A stretch of 64,000 nucleotides of DNA from Acidimicrobiia bacterium. Lineage in GTDB: Bacteria > Actinomycetota > Acidimicrobiia > Spongiisociales > ZC4RG35. Of this stretch, positions 60,281 through 64,000 are shown in pieces (within the stretch, counting starts at the first letter, position 1; each line of letters starts with the position of its first letter). Where the stretch lies: the NCBI GenBank assembly GCA_965215185.1, contig OZ244034.1:1120001-1184000 (forward strand), read 5' to 3'. The position numbers and the translations under genes were made by a program. The notes beneath the pieces are model-generated. The model had not been told where the DNA came from and searched no databases. It saw nothing but the letters and a program-made list of their open reading frames with translations.

Positions 60281-63121
60281 CTACCCAGTGCGGTCGAGAT
60301 AGGCGGCCAGCATCTGCTCCAAATAGCGACCGGTATGACTCGCCCGGTTGGCGGCCACTTCCTCGGGAGAGCCGGTGGCCACTATCCGCCCTCCCGCGTT
60401 ACCACCTTCCGGACCCAGGTCGATCAGGTGATCGGCAGACTTAATGACATCCAGATTGTGTTCGATCACCACCACCGTGTTACCGCCATCCACCAGACGG
60501 TGAAGCACCCCCAACAGGCACCGTACATCCTCAAAGTGCAGCCCGGTGGTGGGCTCATCAAGGATATAGATGGTGCGTCCGGTGGAGCGCTTACGCAACT
60601 CCGAAGCCAACTTGACCCGCTGCGCCTCCCCTCCCGAGAGAGTGGTGGCGGCCTGGCCGAGGCGGATGTACCCCAATCCCACATCGCTGAGGGTCTCCAG
60701 GGTGCGGGCGATGGTGGGAAGGTGGGCAAAGTGCTCCAACGCCCGGGAAACGGACATCTCCAGAACATCGGCGATGCTCTGGCCCTTCCACAGGACCTGT
60801 AGGGTCTCCCGGTTGTATCTGCGCCCCCCGCACTGCTCGCAAGGGACATAGACATCGGGCAAAAAGTGCATCTCGATCTTGATGGTTCCATCCCCCCGGC
60901 ACTCCTCGCAGCGCCCTCCCGCGACATTGAATGAGAACCTCCCCGGTTTGTATCCCCTGACCTGAGATTCGGGAATCTTGGAGAACAACACGCGGATGTG
61001 GTCGAAGACCTTGGTATAGGTGGCCGGGTTGGAGCGGGGAGTTCGACCAATCGGCGATTGGTCGATGTTGATGACCTTGTCCACATGCTCGATGCCCTCA
61101 ATCTCCCGGTGGCGGCCGGGCAGCACCCGGGAACGGTAGATGGAACGAAGAAGCGCCTTGTAAAGGATCTCCTCCACCAGCGTGGACTTCCCACTGCCCG
61201 AGACGCCGGTCACACAAATCAGCTTGCCCAGGGGGAAATCCACATCCAGGTTGACGAGGTTGTGTGCCGCGGCCCCCAGTATCCGGATGTGTTTGCCGTT
61301 GCCCTTCCTACGGGCGCCGGGAACCGGAATAGCCCGCCGGCCCGACAGATAGTCGCCGGTGATGGAGGATCGTTCCCGGCAGATCGTCTCCACCGTTCCC
61401 TCCGCCACGATCCTTCCTCCGTGCTCGCCCGCTCCCGGGCCAATGTCCACCACATGGTCGGCCGCGCGAATGGTCTCCTCGTCATGCTCCACTACCAGCA
61501 GGGTGTTGCCCAGGTCGCGCAACCGGGTGAGGGTCTCGATCAGCCGTGCGTTATCACGCTGGTGCAGGCCAATGGACGGCTCGTCCAGGATATACAGCAC
61601 TCCTACCAGACCAGAGCCGATCTGAGTGGCGAGCCTGATCCGCTGGGCTTCTCCCCCCGCCAAGGTAACCGCCGACCTTCCCAGAGTGAGATAACCGAGC
61701 CCCACATCCAGGAGGAAGGAGATACGGGCGCGGATCTCCTTGAGCACCCGTTCGGCGATGGTGGTCTCTCGGTCGGTCAACCGCAAATCGTCCACGAAGT
61801 CGAGCACCTCGCCCAGGGAGAGATTCGACAGATGCTGGATGGTGGCGCCCCCCACCGTAACTGCCCGGGGCACCTCCCCCAGCCGGGCTCCGCCACATTC
61901 ATCACAGGGGACTTGCCACATGTATTGGCGGTAGGAATCCCGGGCGGAGTCCGAACCGGTTTCCCGATGCCGCCGCTCCAACTGGGGAATCGCCCCCTCA
62001 TACTTGGTGGTCCACACCCGGCGCCTCCCCCGGCGGTTGCGGTAGCTCACCCGAAGCTCCCGTTTAGAGTTGCCATAGAGGATCTCCTCTCGCACCGATT
62101 CAGGCAACTGTCGCCAAGGATCGTGCAAACTGAACCCCATGTTCTGGGAAAGGGCGTCCAGAAGTCGGCTGTAGTAGCCGCTGAACTGATAGGCCCACGG
62201 GGCGATGGCCCCTTCCGCCACACTCAGCCGATCGTTTGGCACCACCAGATCCTCCGCCACCTGATAGCGGGCCCCGATCCCCGCGCAAGTCGAACAGGCT
62301 CCGTAAGGGCTGTTGAAAGAGAAATTCCGAGGGGCAAGTTCGGAGAAAGAAAAGCCGCAGCGATCGCAGGCCAGATGCTGACTGAATGTGAGAGTGGGTC
62401 CGTCAATGACATCCACCATCGCCTTGCCTTCAGCCAGCGCCAAGGCGGTCTCCATCGACTGGGTGAGACGCTCTTGCATCCCCTCCCGTCTCACCAGCCG
62501 GTCCACCACCACCTCGATGGTGTGCTGATAATAACGATCCAATTTGATTTCCTCGTCGAAAGAGCGAATCTCCCCGTCCACCCGCGCCCGACTGTATCCC
62601 TGACGGATGAGATCCTTGAAAAGCGCCTGGTATTCGCCCTTTCGGCCCTCCACCACCGGGGCCAGCACCATGAACCGGATGCCTTCTTCCAACTCCAAAA
62701 TGCGGTCCACGATCTGTTGGGGGGTCTGGCGCTTCACCACCTCGCCGTCGTTGGGGCAGTGGGGAATCCCGATCCGGGCGAACAGAAGCCGCAAGTAGTC
62801 GTGGATCTCGGTCACGGTGCCCACTGTGGAACGAGGATTGCGGCTGGAGGTCTTCTGATCTATGGAAATCGCCGGAGAGAGTCCTTCGATGAAGTCCACG
62901 TCCGGTTTGTCCATCTGTCCCAGGAACTGACGCGCATAGGCCGACAGAGACTCCACATAGCGACGCTGCCCCTCGGCGTAGACGGTGTCAAAAGCCAGGC
63001 TGGACTTGCCCGATCCCGACAACCCGGTAAATACGATGAACGCATCTCGGGGAAGCTCGACCGTGACGTCTTTGAGGTTGTTCTCCCTGGCGCCGCTGAT
63101 GAGGATGGATTCGGCAGTCAT
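60281..63121 (-). CDS. uvrA: Excinuclease ABC subunit A
   Basis: [25 protein letters not shown], zinc fingers, [17 protein letters not shown]. Confidence 0.97.
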   Translation of the reverse strand: MTAESILISGARENNLKDVTVELPRDAFIVFTGLSGSGKSSLAFDTVYAEGQRRYVESLSAYARQFLGQMDKPDVDFIEGLSPAISIDQKTSSRNPRSTVGTVTEIHDYLRLLFARIGIPHCPNDGEVVKRQTPQQIVDRILELEEGIRFMVLAPVVEGRKGEYQALFKDLIRQGYSRARVDGEIRSFDEEIKLDRYYQHTIEVVVDRLVRREGMQERLTQSMETALALAEGKAMVDVIDGPTLTFSQHLACDRCGFSFSELAPRNFSFNSPYGACSTCAGIGARYQVAEDLVVPNDRLSVAEGAIAPWAYQFSGYYSRLLDALSQNMGFSLHDPWRQLPESVREEILYGNSKRELRVSYRNRRGRRRVWTTKYEGAIPQLERRHRETGSDSARDSYRQYMWQVPCDECGGARLGEVPRAVTVGGATIQHLSNLSLGEVLDFVDDLRLTDRETTIAERVLKEIRARISFLLDVGLGYLTLGRSAVTLAGGEAQRIRLATQIGSGLVGVLYILDEPSIGLHQRDNARLIETLTRLRDLGNTLLVVEHDEETIRAADHVVDIGPGAGEHGGRIVAEGTVETICRERSSITGDYLSGRRAIPVPGARRKGNGKHIRILGAAAHNLVNLDVDFPLGKLICVTGVSGSGKSTLVEEILYKALLRSIYRSRVLPGRHREIEGIEHVDKVINIDQSPIGRTPRSNPATYTKVFDHIRVLFSKIPESQVRGYKPGRFSFNVAGGRCEECRGDGTIKIEMHFLPDVYVPCEQCGGRRYNRETLQVLWKGQSIADVLEMSVSRALEHFAHLPTIARTLETLSDVGLGYIRLGQAATTLSGGEAQRVKLASELRKRSTGRTIYILDEPTTGLHFEDVRCLLGVLHRLVDGGNTVVVIEHNLDVIKSADHLIDLGPEGGNAGGRIVATGSPEEVAANRASHTGRYLEQMLAAYLDRTG

Positions 63122-63133
63122 CGGCTTAGGCCT

Positions 63134-64000
63134 TCAAAACGGCAGGCGGTCCAAACGCGCCTGGGTAGGGGTGACGGTTCCGTCCGTCCAAACCTTGACT
63201 CCATACGCTTTTTCCGCCTGCTCCAGGGACACATATTCGTCCAGAACGTCCTCTCGCACCAACTCTACGGGGCGGTCCAGAGGATCACCCCACCCTCCTC
63301 CACCCCCTGAGAGGTTACGGAACCGATCGCCGGGATGCATGCTGAATCTCTCCATCCGCGCCCGGTGAACCCGGTCCGTCTCGGGCCACACGATCATGGC
63401 ATTGGTCTCCGGCTCATGTCCACCCCGCAACCCCCACGGCTTGGTCTTGGTCTTCTTCTTCATCGACAGCACCTCGCCAGTGGCGAGGAACCTAACCTGC
63501 CTACAGACTCCCAGACCCCCCCGCCACCTGCCGGCCCCACCCGAGTCCTGACGCAGTTCCAACCGTTCATGAAAGATGGGCGAGCGGTGCTCCAATACCT
63601 CCATCGAGGTGTTCCTGACCGCAGTGGTGGAAAGATGCTGCAGGGCATTGGCCCCGTCGTAGTTGGGAGTGGCACCCCAGCCAATCCCCTCGTTGTTGCT
63701 AACCAAGAACATCTCGTCGGTGTCGGGATGCGTCCCCACCGCCATGAATCCCGGCAGGTCGGAACCGGAAGATGCCGCAATCTGATCCATACCCTGGGCC
63801 AGCGCCTTGTTTATCAACTCAAAGCCCGCCATACCCGTCCAAAGAGTGTAGGTAGCGGATGGGTAGACGGCATGGAAAAGATTCCCGGGGGGACAGATCA
63901 CCCGAAGCGGTTGGTAATGGCCATGGTTGGCAGGAGCGTCGGGGGTGGTGAGAGACTTGAAGACATTCTTAGCCAGGCTCACCGTACTCCCAAACGGCAT
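63134..64000 (-). CDS. Hydantoinase B/oxoprolinase family protein (C-terminal part; N-terminus beyond window)
   Basis: N.G...PL.V..P.G, NT..EVLE...P, DSGGAG.WRGGLG, GGGGWGDP..R..V..DV...YVS. Confidence 0.88.
   Translation of the reverse strand: MPFGSTVSLAKNVFKSLTTPDAPANHGHYQPLRVICPPGNLFHAVYPSATYTLWTGMAGFELINKALAQGMDQIAASSGSDLPGFMAVGTHPDTDEMFLVSNNEGIGWGATPNYDGANALQHLSTTAVRNTSMEVLEHRSPIFHERLELRQDSGGAGRWRGGLGVCRQVRFLATGEVLSMKKKTKTKPWGLRGGHEPETNAMIVWPETDRVHRARMERFSMHPGDRFRNLSGGGGGWGDPLDRPVELVREDVLDEYVSLEQAEKAYGVKVWTDGTVTPTQARLDRLPF

Noticed and set aside
60998-63310. 770-aa plus-strand ORF and many other long antisense or alternate-frame ORFs (for example 5544-6650, 3930-4895, 29576-30544)
   Set aside because: Shadow ORFs of well-supported high-GC genes; no recognisable motifs.
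1-64000. KOPS (GGGNAGGG) polarity as proof of the terminus
   Set aside because: The nearest copies (43198 on +, 44711 on -) point to dif, but counter-oriented copies exist (for example about 5639, 32447, 38107, 40520) and I cannot count them rigorously.
1-64000. tRNA, rRNA, integrase or transposase genes
   Set aside because: None recognised in intergenic regions or ORF translations.

Overview
High-GC (roughly 60%) bacterial chromosome segment, most likely Actinomycetota of the Acidimicrobiia type. This is inferred from the proteasome activator Bpa, an F420-dependent DDN-family enzyme, Cys-containing SLH domains, many leaderless promoters and the uvrA-uvrC-rapZ...pgk-tpiA-secG block. It is mostly housekeeping and metabolic: transporters including three tandem EamA paralogues, a tandem glycine riboswitch with gcvP, paaABCDE with a TetR regulator and its operator, menC/menD/menF, an AMACR/MFE-2-like beta-oxidation operon, thiN, pfkA, lower glycolysis and nucleotide excision repair genes. 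The most unusual part is the ~2 kb gene-poor stretch at 43.1-45.1 kb. It holds a well-formed dif-like XerC/D site (43734-43761), across which dominant gene orientation flips from + to -, suggesting the replication terminus. It also holds a second, inverted dif-like site. Starting 37 bp from dif are nested, asymmetric TGT...ACA transposon-end-like structures built from 20-21 bp repeats, one with a 6-bp target duplication; no transposase gene is present in the window. A further end-like copy at 48.4 kb brackets a NYN nuclease and two metabolic genes. A second accessory spot is a two-gene cassette (putative winged-helix protein plus TIGR02391 protein) after gcvP. All product calls come from motif recognition by eye, not from database searches.
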